In this document: positions 9,141-18,161 of the stretch, piece after piece
Layout of the letters: each line of letters starts with the position of its first letter
Numbering within the stretch: the stretch's first letter is position 1
From: an uncultured Chloroflexia bacterium
GTDB lineage: Bacteria > Chloroflexota > Limnocylindria > Limnocylindrales > CSP1-4
Assembly: GCA_963744115.1 (NCBI GenBank)
Contig: CAVUSI010000001.1
Span: 48,718 to 112,717 of the forward strand
Direction: 5' to 3'
Length of the DNA stretch: 64,000 nucleotides
Translations under genes and position numbers: made by a program
Notes under the pieces: model-generated
What the model was told of the DNA's origin: nothing
Databases searched by the model: none
Seen by the model: only the letters and a program-made list of their open reading frames with translations

Positions 9141-10375
9141 ACCAGCTGCGGGTCCGGGATCGGGATGAGGAACCGCCCGCCGCGCTCACGGTACTCGGTC
9201 TGTTGCGCAAGGATCTCGTCGGCGAAGTTCCAGGCGAGCAACAGGCAGACGTCCGGCATGGCTCCGACGAGCCGCTCCGCGGGCACGATCGGGATGTGCA
9301 CGCCGGGCATGAACCGGCCCTCCTTGTACGGGCTCCGATCCGCGACGAAGTCGATCGTCTCGGTCCCGATCCCGAAGGCGTTGAGCAGGACCGTTCCCTT
9401 GGCCGCGGCTCCGTAGGCGGCGACCGTCCGGCCCTCGGTCCGGAGCTCGCCGATGAGGGCGAGCAGCTTCCGTCCCAGGGTCTCCACGCGAATCGCGAAT
9501 TCGACGTAGTAGGCGGGCGTGGTCAGGCCGAGTAGACGCTCCTGCTCCAGGAGTGCAGCGACGGCCTCGGACGATCCGGCGGCGCCGACCGACCCGGAGG
9601 CGCCGGCGTGGCGGACGAAGATCCGAAGCGAGCCCCCGTGAACGGGTAACCGCTCGACACCCACGACGGCCAGACCGGCGCGGTCGAAGATCCGCTCGAG
9701 CGCGCTCAGCGAGTGGTAGTAGCGATGCTCGTGGTAGATCGTGTCGAATTCGAGCCGCTCGACGAGGTCCCTGACGTAGGGGGTCTCGATCACCGCGACG
9801 CCGTCCGGTTTGAGGATCAGCCCGATCCCGGCGACGAACCCATCGAGGTCCGGCACGTGAGCGATCACGTTGTTGGCGTGGACGACGTCCGCCGACTGCC
9901 CCGAGCCGACGAGCTTCCGGGCGAGGTCCGGGTCGAAGAACTCGGCGACCGTCGGCACCCCGCGGGCCATCGCCGCGGAGGCGACGTTGCGGGCTGGATC
10001 GATCCCCAGGACGGGGATCCCGACGGCGGCGTAGTGCTGGAGAAGGTAGCCATCGTTGCTGGCGATCTCGATGACCAGGCTGTCGCCGGTCAGCTGCCGG
10101 GCGGCGATCATCCGGGTCGCGCTGAGCCTGGCGTGCTCCACGAACGCCTCGGACACCGACGAGAAGTAGGCATACTCCCGGAACATCTGCTCGGGGGGCA
10201 CCGGCTCCGTGATCTGGACCAGGCCGCAGACGGGGCAGATGGCGAGCGTCAGTGGGAAACGCGGTTCCGGATCGTCGAGCGTCTCGCGGGTCAGGAGCGC
10301 GTTGGCCAGCGGCTGGTCACCGAGGGACAGGACCGGGACGAGTTCGGCACCGCAGCTCCCGCACGCCGCGGTCAC
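9137..10375 (-). CDS. NDP-hexose C-methyltransferase (TylCIII-like: Zn-ribbon + class I MT + C-terminal domain)
   Basis: CGSCGAEL...LAICPVCGLVQ zinc site, VIEIASNDGYLL SAM motif, YEHRYYHSL, AAYGAAAKG. Start set at GTG 10375 (GTGA overlap with the rfbG stop). The ORF is open to 10456. Confidence 0.85.
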   Translation of the reverse strand: MTAACGSCGAELVPVLSLGDQPLANALLTRETLDDPEPRFPLTLAICPVCGLVQITEPVPPEQMFREYAYFSSVSEAFVEHARLSATRMIAARQLTGDSLVIEIASNDGYLLQHYAAVGIPVLGIDPARNVASAAMARGVPTVAEFFDPDLARKLVGSGQSADVVHANNVIAHVPDLDGFVAGIGLILKPDGVAVIETPYVRDLVERLEFDTIYHEHRYYHSLSALERIFDRAGLAVVGVERLPVHGGSLRIFVRHAGASGSVGAAGSSEAVAALLEQERLLGLTTPAYYVEFAIRVETLGRKLLALIGELRTEGRTVAAYGAAAKGTVLLNAFGIGTETIDFVADRSPYKEGRFMPGVHIPIVPAERLVGAMPDVCLLLAWNFADEILAQQTEYRERGGRFLIPIPDPQLV

Positions 10376-11370
10376 TGCGGCGACGCCGCAAGGTAGGTCC
10401 GATACCAGGCGATCGTCTCGCGGAGTCCCGATGCGAGCGTCGAACGAGGGCGCCACCCGAGCTCGCGCCGCGACCGTGCCGCCGACACCCGCTGGACGGG
10501 GATCTCGTGAAGGGGCTCCGCAAGGATGCGGGGTGCGAGCTTGGAGTCCATCAGGTCGATGATCCGGTCGACCATCTCGAGCACCGTCAGCCGCTGACCC
10601 GCCGCGAAGTTGAACGGCCGACCGCGCAGCTCGGGCCGCCGCCCGACCTGGTCGGCCAGGGCGAGGGTCCCGCTGGCCGCATCGCGCACGAACAGGTAGT
10701 CGCGGAGGAAGGTCCCGTCGGACCGGATGACCGGCCGCTCCCCGCGCACGATCGACCGGATGGTGCCCGGGACGATGCGGCTCCAGTTCAGATCGCCGCC
10801 ACCGTACAGGTTCGCGCAGCGAGTGACGGCGACGGGCGTGCCGTAGGCCTCGGCGTACGTCTGGGCCAGCAGGTCCGCGGCCGCCTTCGACGTGTCATAC
10901 GGGTGACGGGGGCGGAGGGCCATCGTCTCCACGTACGGGCGACCCGCGGCGTCGCCGTACGCCTTGTCCGAAGAGGCGACGACGATCCGGGCGACGCGCG
11001 GCTGAGCGCGACACGCCTCGAGGATCGTCCAGGTCCCCTCGATGTTGTGGCTGAACGTGTCGACCGGGTCGCGCAGCGCCGGACCGACGAGGGTCTGGGC
11101 CGCGAGGTGGATGACCGAGTCCACACCCTCCGTACGGAGGATCCGATCGACCGTCGTCCGGTCGCGGACATCGCCCGGCACGCGGACGAGCCCTGGGACG
11201 GCGGCCGCATCGTCCTCGGACCAGGCGATATCGAGACCGAGCACGGTCGCCCCGCATCCGCTCAGCTCGCTGGTGACCGCTCCCCCGAGGAGTCCTGCCG
11301 CCCCGGTCACCAGGACCCGGCGACCCGACCAGACGTCGTCCCGCTCAGCGCTCAATCCCAGGTCACCCAC
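10372..11370 (-). CDS. rfbG: CDP-glucose 4,6-dehydratase
   Basis: VLVTGAAGLLGGAV, YDTSKAAADLL (YxxxK), RCANLYGGGDLNWSRIVPG. Directly downstream of rfbF. Confidence 0.9.
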   Translation of the reverse strand: MGDLGLSAERDDVWSGRRVLVTGAAGLLGGAVTSELSGCGATVLGLDIAWSEDDAAAVPGLVRVPGDVRDRTTVDRILRTEGVDSVIHLAAQTLVGPALRDPVDTFSHNIEGTWTILEACRAQPRVARIVVASSDKAYGDAAGRPYVETMALRPRHPYDTSKAAADLLAQTYAEAYGTPVAVTRCANLYGGGDLNWSRIVPGTIRSIVRGERPVIRSDGTFLRDYLFVRDAASGTLALADQVGRRPELRGRPFNFAAGQRLTVLEMVDRIIDLMDSKLAPRILAEPLHEIPVQRVSAARSRRELGWRPRSTLASGLRETIAWYRTYLAASPQ

Positions 11371-12122
11371 GGCGCCGCCCTGGCCGACCAGAGCGACCGG
11401 AGGTAGCGGACGTCACGGAGCGTGTCCATCGGCTGCCAGAACCCCTCGTGGGCGAACCCCATCAGCTGTCCTCGGTGGGACAGCCCTTCGAGGACGTCTG
11501 CCTCGAGGCTGGTCGCGTCGGTCGGGATCGAGCTGAGGACCCCCGGCTCGAGGACCATGAACCCACCGTTGATCCAGCCCTCGCCGATCTGGGGCTTCTC
11601 GGTGAACGTGACGGTGCGATCCTCGCCGAACGACAGTCCGCCGAAGCGGGCCGGCGGCCGGACGGCGGTCACGGTCGCCAATCGGCCCGACGACCGGTGG
11701 AACGCGAGGAGCGCCCGGAGGTCGACATCCGACACTCCGTCGCCGTAGGTCAGCATGAATGCCTCGTCGCCGAGCCATGGCGCCAGGCGAGCGACCCTGC
11801 CGCCGGTACCGGTGTCCGCGCCCGTGTCGACGAGGTCGACGGTCCACGCATCCTTGTCCCGGTCGTGACGGTCGACCGTCCCGACACCCGTCCTGACGGT
11901 CAGGCTGCCGCTCAACGCGAGCGTGTCGACGAAGAAGCGCTTGATGTCGTCGCCCTTGTAGCCGAGGGCAACGACGAACTCGGTGAACCCGGCCTGGGCG
12001 TAGTGCTTCATGATGTGCCACAGGATCGGGCGGTCCCCGATCTCGACCATCGGCTTCGGCCGGACCTCCGTCTCTTCGGCCAGCCGTGACCCGAGACCGC
12101 CGGCGAGGATGACAACCTTCAC
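11352..12122 (-). CDS. rfbF: glucose-1-phosphate cytidylyltransferase
   Basis: From GTG 12122: VKVVILAGGLGSRLAEETEVRPKPMVEIGDRPILWHIMKHY ... GFWQPMDTLRD. 256 aa, the typical RfbF length. The ORF is open to 12245, but that N-terminus is Arg/Ser-rich junk. Confidence 0.92.
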   Translation of the reverse strand: MKVVILAGGLGSRLAEETEVRPKPMVEIGDRPILWHIMKHYAQAGFTEFVVALGYKGDDIKRFFVDTLALSGSLTVRTGVGTVDRHDRDKDAWTVDLVDTGADTGTGGRVARLAPWLGDEAFMLTYGDGVSDVDLRALLAFHRSSGRLATVTAVRPPARFGGLSFGEDRTVTFTEKPQIGEGWINGGFMVLEPGVLSSIPTDATSLEADVLEGLSHRGQLMGFAHEGFWQPMDTLRDVRYLRSLWSARAAPWVTWD

Positions 12123-12128
12123 GCTCGG

Positions 12129-12134
12129 ATTATG
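12129..12134 (-). promoter_or_regulatory. -10-like box CATAAT, 6 nt upstream of the rfbF GTG (leaderless-type arrangement)
   Basis: The minus strand reads CATAAT-ccgagc-GTG. No SD sequence is possible in 6 nt. Confidence 0.4.
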
Positions 12135-12205
12135 CCCCAGCGGCCGGCGCCTCCCCCGAGGGCGCTGCCCGGAGCGACGTGGGCTTCCCGTGAGGAAGGC
12201 GATCG

Positions 12206-13177
12206 ATGACAGACCTCGACTTGGACCCGAAGAGCGACCTCGCAACGCCGTCGAAGTTCTGGGCGGCGCTCGGAGGACGACACGCGCAGGACGTGACCGA
12301 GCACGGCTACGACGACCTCAAGCGACGCCAGGCGCTCCGCTACTTCACCTGGAGCTGGCACCTTCGGTCGATCCTCGGGAGCGAGCAGATGCGCCACCTC
12401 CTGCGGCGCACCCCGGCGACCGCATGGCTCCGATCGGCGTTCACGCCGTTCGCGAGCCGCCGTCGCTCATGGGCTCCACTGGACTGGTCGATGGCCGACC
12501 GCTGGCTGTACACGGCGGCGGTCAGATTGCTCTGGGAGTACGCGCTGCGACATGGCGACCGCGAGGTCCTCGGATTGGCGGAGCCGTTGGAAGGCGATCC
12601 ACTGCCGGTCTCGTATCGAGGTCGGTTGATCTCGCAGGATCTCGCGAACTCCGCCTTGGAGGTCGTGGCGATGAGGCGCATCCTCGGGGCCCGGTCGCCG
12701 CAGTCGATCCTGGAGGTCGGGGCAGGGTACGGGCGGACCGCGTACGTCCTCCTGTCGGTCTATCCGAGCTCGACGTACACGGTCGTCGACATCGAGCCGG
12801 CTCTGAGCATCTCGCGCTGGTATCTGAGCCGACTGTTCCCGTCCGACCGACTTCGTTTCCTGACGCCGGACCGCATCGACGAGGTGGCGAGCGGTTCGGT
12901 CGATCTGGCCGTATCCATCTCCTCCCTCCAGGAGATGACCCCTGCCCAGGTCGGCGGATATCTCGCGTTCATCGACCGCGTCGCCGCCGGTGGTCGGGTG
13001 TACCTGAAGCAGTGGGCGAGCTGGCACAACCCCGACGATGGCGTGACCATGCGATTCTCGGAGTACCCGGTGCCATCCGCCTGGATGCCCACCCTTCGCG
13101 AGGCGGCGCCGGTCCAGGAACGCTTCGTTCAGGCCGGCTGGCTCGTACCGCAACCTTCCCAGGCCGAGACCTCGTGA
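12206..13177 (+). CDS. class I SAM-dependent methyltransferase (putative sugar O-methyltransferase type)
   Basis: 323 aa. ILEVGAGYGRTAYVL (motif I), VDLAVSISSLQEM. GAGGAAGG precedes the ATG. Divergent from rfbF. Confidence 0.75.
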   Translation: MTDLDLDPKSDLATPSKFWAALGGRHAQDVTEHGYDDLKRRQALRYFTWSWHLRSILGSEQMRHLLRRTPATAWLRSAFTPFASRRRSWAPLDWSMADRWLYTAAVRLLWEYALRHGDREVLGLAEPLEGDPLPVSYRGRLISQDLANSALEVVAMRRILGARSPQSILEVGAGYGRTAYVLLSVYPSSTYTVVDIEPALSISRWYLSRLFPSDRLRFLTPDRIDEVASGSVDLAVSISSLQEMTPAQVGGYLAFIDRVAAGGRVYLKQWASWHNPDDGVTMRFSEYPVPSAWMPTLREAAPVQERFVQAGWLVPQPSQAETS

Positions 13178-13196
13178 CCCGCTGGACCGGCCCGAG

Positions 13197-14213
13197 ATGA
13201 ATCCGCTCGGACGGCGCCACGTGAGCATCGGACTGCCGACTCGAAACGGCGAGCGGTATATCGCGGAGGCGCTGACCTCCTTGCTCGGCCAGGATCATCG
13301 CGAGTGCGACATCGTCGTGGCCGACAATGCGTCGACCGACCGGACCCCGGACATCGTCCGCGAGATCGCCCGCCGGGACGGCCGAGTCCGCCATGAACGG
13401 GTCGAGCTGCCGCTGAGCGCCGCCCAGAATTTCAACCGGGCATTCGAGCTGACGGACGGGCCGTCGTTCATGTGGGCCGCCGACGACGACCGGTGGGACC
13501 CCTCGTACGTCGGCCGCTGCCTCGCTGCGCTCGACGACGATCCGGCGGCCGTGATGGCGACCTCCGGACTCCGCTTCATCGACCCGGGCGGCGCGGCCAT
13601 CGATGCCGACTACTCCCGCTACGACAATCCCGACCTGTCCTCGTCATCGACCGTCGAGCGGGTCAGGCGCCTCCTCCGACGAGGAGGCTGGTACCAGGTG
13701 TACGGGGTCGCCCGGCGAGAGGCCCTCGAAGGGACCCACCTGTTTCAGGATGTCTACGGCCCGGACGTGGTCCTGACCTTCGAATTGGCCCTGGCCGGTC
13801 CGATCCTGCGGGTGCCGGAGGTCCTGTTCTGGTACCGGCGATTCCCCGGCCGCACCGAAGCGGTCCGGGCCAGTCGCCAGGGCGGCATCCGGGACGAACT
13901 CGACGTCGCGAGCTCACCTTCGACCCATCTCCAGGAGTCCCTGTCCGATGCCGTGCGGGCGTCGACGCTGGCCGCGCCCCTGAAGCTTCGGCTCCGCGCC
14001 GAGATCCTCGACGCGTTCTACGTCGACGACACGCCGCTCCGGTCGAGGGCCAGATCCGAGGCCTGGCGGCGGGCCAGGATCGCCGCACACGACCGGGACG
14101 TCGGACGGTTCGTGAAGTTCAGCCTCGCCCACGGTCTTGACCGACTCGACGATCTGTCGGGCCAGGGGCGTCGATCCGCCAGGCGCATCGGCCGAAGGCT
14201 CGCACGCCGATGA
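13197..14213 (+). CDS. GT2-family glycosyltransferase
   Basis: VSIGLPTRNGERYIAEALTSLLGQ...DIVVADNASTDRT...WAADDD (DxD region). Confidence 0.85.
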   Translation: MNPLGRRHVSIGLPTRNGERYIAEALTSLLGQDHRECDIVVADNASTDRTPDIVREIARRDGRVRHERVELPLSAAQNFNRAFELTDGPSFMWAADDDRWDPSYVGRCLAALDDDPAAVMATSGLRFIDPGGAAIDADYSRYDNPDLSSSSTVERVRRLLRRGGWYQVYGVARREALEGTHLFQDVYGPDVVLTFELALAGPILRVPEVLFWYRRFPGRTEAVRASRQGGIRDELDVASSPSTHLQESLSDAVRASTLAAPLKLRLRAEILDAFYVDDTPLRSRARSEAWRRARIAAHDRDVGRFVKFSLAHGLDRLDDLSGQGRRSARRIGRRLARR

Positions 14214-14223
14214 TCCCGCCGAC

Positions 14224-15549
14224 TCAGGCCCCGGCGAGTCCTCCGATCCTCCCGTAGACCTCGACGAGCGTCTCCACCTGGCGCTCCCAGGCGTACCGGT
14301 CGGCCGCGGCGAGCGAGGCCTCGCGGAACGCCAGCCGCCGCTCCGGTGGACCGTCGAGGACCTCCCGCAGGGCGGCGGCGATCGCCCCAGGATCGGTCGG
14401 ATCGCACAGGATGCCGCACCCCGCCGGGCGCACGATCGAGGCGATCCCGGGGAGGTCCGACGCGACGACCGGGACGCCCGCGCCCAGCGCGTCGAACAGC
14501 CGGGTCGGCGTCGTCAGGCGGTGGTTGAGCGTCGTCGGCTGGATCGCGATGGCCGCGACGTCGGCAGCCGCCGTCCAGGCGGGGATCTCCCCGGGTGGCA
14601 CCGCGGGCAGGAACTGGATCCGGTCCGCCGCCGGCAGGCCGGAGGCATCGGCGACGAGCCGATCGCGGAAGGCACCCCCCGGCCCCACGATCAGCAGCGC
14701 GGCGTCGGGAACGTCGGCGATCGCCCGGCACAGCTGCTCGACGCCACGGCCCGGCGCGACGTTGCCCAGGCAGAGGACGATCCGCGTCGACGGCGCGAGC
14801 GCGAGGCGTTCGCGGACCGCCACCGGCGGCGACTCAGAAGGATCCCGTGTCCCGGCGCCGACGCCGACGGGTCCGTTGAAGACGACCGTGGGTCGCACTC
14901 CGAGCGTCCGGACGATCACGTCGGCGTACACCTGGTTCGCGGTCAGGACGGCCTCGGCCGACCGTGCCCACCGCCGCTCTCGACGCGCCAGGAGCCGCCG
15001 CCACGGCCCGGGCAGCCGCGCGAACCGCGAGCTCTCGACCTGGAGGTCGCGCACGTCGTAGACGACGCGACCGCCGGTGCGCTTGCGGAGCGCCAGCGCG
15101 ACCGGCAGCGTGATCAGGCCCTCGGCCTGCCAGATGTCCGCAGCCGGCACCACGGCGGCGATGCGGTCCGCCCACTGACGCGCCAGCAGGAGATAGCGCG
15201 CCGCCTGGACCGGCCGACCGACCACCGCGGTCACCGCCGCGCTGAGTCGCGACCGCGGAGGCTCGACCGATGTCGCAGCCGCGGGCGTCGCGCTCCCCGG
15301 ATCCGCTTCTGGCAGGCGGGGGCTCGGCAGCCATGGCAGCGGCCGCGGCTGGGCGACCCGGACCACGACGAACCCGTCGTGCTGCTCCCGATCCGGCAAG
15401 CCGTCGGCCGTCCGCGCGACCACCGTGACCGACCAGCCGGCCGCTCCCAGGCTGCGCGCGATCTTCCACGAGCGTGAGTCGGCCACGAACGAGTTGTTGA
15501 GGAGCAGGACGAGCCTGCGCCCTTGGCCCGGACCGTCGTCCGCGCTCAC
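14224..15549 (-). CDS. GT4 glycosyltransferase, paralog of 1414-2899
   Basis: From GTG 15549 (GTGA overlap with the upstream stop): LVLLLNNSFVADSRSWKIARSL ... LNHRLTTPTRLFDALGAGVPVVASDLPGIASIVR. The upstream part of the 562-aa ORF is junk. Confidence 0.85.
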   Translation of the reverse strand: MSADDGPGQGRRLVLLLNNSFVADSRSWKIARSLGAAGWSVTVVARTADGLPDREQHDGFVVVRVAQPRPLPWLPSPRLPEADPGSATPAAATSVEPPRSRLSAAVTAVVGRPVQAARYLLLARQWADRIAAVVPAADIWQAEGLITLPVALALRKRTGGRVVYDVRDLQVESSRFARLPGPWRRLLARRERRWARSAEAVLTANQVYADVIVRTLGVRPTVVFNGPVGVGAGTRDPSESPPVAVRERLALAPSTRIVLCLGNVAPGRGVEQLCRAIADVPDAALLIVGPGGAFRDRLVADASGLPAADRIQFLPAVPPGEIPAWTAAADVAAIAIQPTTLNHRLTTPTRLFDALGAGVPVVASDLPGIASIVRPAGCGILCDPTDPGAIAAALREVLDGPPERRLAFREASLAAADRYAWERQVETLVEVYGRIGGLAGA

Positions 15550-16919
15550 CCTACGGTCCCCGTCCCGTCGGTCGACAGGCGACGATAGAGGCCGATGAGC
15601 CCCTCGCGGGCCGTCTCCCAGCTGTATCGCTCGAGGGCGACGGTCCGGCAGCGGCGGCGGAGGGCGTCGCGTTCGGCGGCGGGCAGCGTCAGGAGCTCGT
15701 TGACGGCCAGCGCGATCGCGTGCGGCGAGTCGACGTCGCAGCAGCGGCCGACGCCCTCGGCGCGGGTCAGCCGGCAGTGCTCGGTGCCCTCGCCGACGAC
15801 GATCGGGACACCCGCCATGAGCGACTGGAAGAGCTTGTTCGGAAGGGTCAGCCGCTGGTTCAGCGTCCGCGGCGGCGCGCCCACGAACGAGACGTCCGCA
15901 CCCGCCGTCCACTCGAGCAGCTCGGCCTCGGGAACGGCGGGCAGGACGACCATCCGATCGCGCCGGCGGGCCGCTTCACCGACGAGCCACGATTCGAGGT
16001 GGCCGAAGCCGAGGAAGACCCCCACGGCTCCGGTCTCGACGAGCGCGGGGTCGTCCAGCGCCGCGACGAGCTCCTCGATGCCCTGGTCCACCCGGAACGC
16101 ACCCTGGTAGAGCACCAGTGGCCCCGCGTCGGCCGAACCGAGCGTCGCGCCGACGGCACGCCGGAGTCGATCCGCCGAAACGGGGCCGGGCGTCTCCGGG
16201 TGCCAGGCGGGAGGACAGTTGAGCAGGACGACCGGTTCGGGCACTCTGAATCGGCGGGCGATCTCGCTCGCCATCGACGGCGTGGCGGCAAGGACGCCGG
16301 CCGCCTGCCGGACCAGGCGTCGCTCGCGCCGACGGATGAGCGCCCGGAACACCCCCGGCAGCTTCACCAGCCGGGCGGACTCGGTATGCAGGTCGGCGAC
16401 GTCGTAGACGAACCGGCCGTCCCGTCCGGCGGTCCGCCTCGCGGCGTCACGGGCGACCGGCAGAGCGATCAACGCCTTGGCGTGGACCACCTGGGCGTCG
16501 GGTGCCGCCGCCGCGACCGCCGCCGACCACTCGCGACCCCGTCGAACGGTCGCGACGATCTCCAGGCCACGGCGGAGCGGCGCCCGGAGCCGGTCCGCGC
16601 CGCGGGCTGGGCCGACCGCCAGCTTCTCGGCATCGGGCGCGAGGCCGGTCGCCCGGAGGATCACAGAGCTGACCCCAGCGGGCAGCGGCTCGAGTCCGCG
16701 CGCGATCCGTCGGTCGAGCGTCACTCGGTGCAGCTCGACGCGGTCGCCGAGCGCAGCCGTCGATGGGAGTCCGGGACCGGCGAATGCCACCACCGTGACG
16801 GCGTGCCCGTCATCGGCCAGGGTCATCGCCGTCTTCAGCAGACGGGACTCGTGCTCGAAGGTGTTCGCCGCGACGATGGCCACCCGAAGCCGGCCCGGGA
16901 CCGGCCCGGGGTCGGTCAT
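15546..16919 (-). CDS. GT4 glycosyltransferase, third member of the same paralog group
   Basis: 457 aa. LRVAIVAANTFEHESRLLKTAMTLADDGH ... LNQRLTLPNKLFQSLMAGVPIVV. ATGA overlap with the upstream stop. Confidence 0.85.
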   Translation of the reverse strand: MTDPGPVPGRLRVAIVAANTFEHESRLLKTAMTLADDGHAVTVVAFAGPGLPSTAALGDRVELHRVTLDRRIARGLEPLPAGVSSVILRATGLAPDAEKLAVGPARGADRLRAPLRRGLEIVATVRRGREWSAAVAAAAPDAQVVHAKALIALPVARDAARRTAGRDGRFVYDVADLHTESARLVKLPGVFRALIRRRERRLVRQAAGVLAATPSMASEIARRFRVPEPVVLLNCPPAWHPETPGPVSADRLRRAVGATLGSADAGPLVLYQGAFRVDQGIEELVAALDDPALVETGAVGVFLGFGHLESWLVGEAARRRDRMVVLPAVPEAELLEWTAGADVSFVGAPPRTLNQRLTLPNKLFQSLMAGVPIVVGEGTEHCRLTRAEGVGRCCDVDSPHAIALAVNELLTLPAAERDALRRRCRTVALERYSWETAREGLIGLYRRLSTDGTGTVG

Positions 16920-18076
16920 CGCGGGGCGTGCGTCGATCGGACCGGGGATCGAGCCGGCACGCGGACCGGCTCGCGCACGTGACGGCCGACCGCGGCCTGG
17001 ACCGCGGCGATCACCCGCTGCTGATCGTCGATCGTCAGGCCCGCGTACATCGGCAGACCGAGCGAGCCATCGGCCGCTGCGTCGGTGATCGGCAGCTCGG
17101 CATGGATGCCGCGTTCGAGGACGTAGGGTTGGCGATGGATCGGGACCGGGTACTCGATCGCGACCTCGACCCCGTGATCGGCGAGGTCCGCGGCCACGTC
17201 GTCGCGGGCCGGCCCGAGTCCGATCGTGTACCGGTGGAAGACGTGACGCCGGCCGACCGGCACGAGCGGCCGGCGGATCGGCAGCATGGCGAACGCCGCG
17301 CCGTAGCGGGCGGCGATCGCTCGCCGGGCGACGATCCCGGGCTCGATCCGGTCGAGACCGACCAGGCCGATCGCCGCAGCGACCTCGGACAGGTGGAAGT
17401 CGAAGCCGAGGATCTCCGCTTGCCGCCCCCTTCGACCGTGGTCGCGATAGCGGCGGATCCAGTCGGCCAGCCGGTCGTCATCGGTGCTCACCAGGCCGCC
17501 TTCGCCGGCGCCGTAGAGCCCGAAGGCCCCGTGCCCCCAGGCGCCGGCCCGACGACCCCGGAACGTCGCCCCGTGGGCGCCCCCACCATCCTCGATGACG
17601 GCCAGCCCGTGGCGGTCGGCGATGGCCGTGATCATGTCCATGTCGGCGACCAGGCCGTGCAGGTGGACGGGGTAGATCGCCCTCGTCCGGGGCGTGATGG
17701 CCGCCTCGATCCGCGCGGCGTCGATGAGGTAGGTGTCCGGCTCGATGTCGATGAAGACCGGGCTGGCGCCCGTGAACAGGATCGAGCTGACGGTCGCGTT
17801 GACCGTGTGGCTGACGGTGATGACCTCGTCCCCGGGGCCGATCCCGAGGCCGGCCATGATGCACATCCTCGCGACGGTGCCGTTCACCACCGCGACCGCG
17901 TGACGGACGCCGACGAACTCGGCCCAGCGCGCTTCGATCTCGGCGACCCGGCGACCTGGGACCGTCGACCGGGACAGGAGGGCCTCGGCGACGGCGTCGG
18001 ACTCCTCGGGCCCGACATCGGGTCGCACCGCCGGGATCATCTGCACGCTCGCGCCGCGTGCCGACGGGTCGATCAC
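16916..18076 (-). CDS. DegT/DnrJ/EryC1/StrS-family (fold-type I sugar aminotransferase-like) protein lacking the canonical catalytic lysine segment
   Basis: MIPAVRPDVGPEE..., AIYPVHLHG, VIEDGGGAHGA, HGAFGLYGAGEGGLVSTDD, FHLSEVAAAIGLVGL. Start is GTG 18076 (GGAGG 4 nt upstream) or ATG 18040. Confidence 0.8.
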   Translation of the reverse strand: MIDPSARGASVQMIPAVRPDVGPEESDAVAEALLSRSTVPGRRVAEIEARWAEFVGVRHAVAVVNGTVARMCIMAGLGIGPGDEVITVSHTVNATVSSILFTGASPVFIDIEPDTYLIDAARIEAAITPRTRAIYPVHLHGLVADMDMITAIADRHGLAVIEDGGGAHGATFRGRRAGAWGHGAFGLYGAGEGGLVSTDDDRLADWIRRYRDHGRRGRQAEILGFDFHLSEVAAAIGLVGLDRIEPGIVARRAIAARYGAAFAMLPIRRPLVPVGRRHVFHRYTIGLGPARDDVAADLADHGVEVAIEYPVPIHRQPYVLERGIHAELPITDAAADGSLGLPMYAGLTIDDQQRVIAAVQAAVGRHVREPVRVPARSPVRSTHAPR

Positions 18077-18161
18077 GAAGCCTCCGGTGGTGCCTGGGTC
18101 GGCTGCGGGAACCAGCCTCGAGGTCACCGCCGACCGAACCTCGAGTATAGCCTCGGACGGG

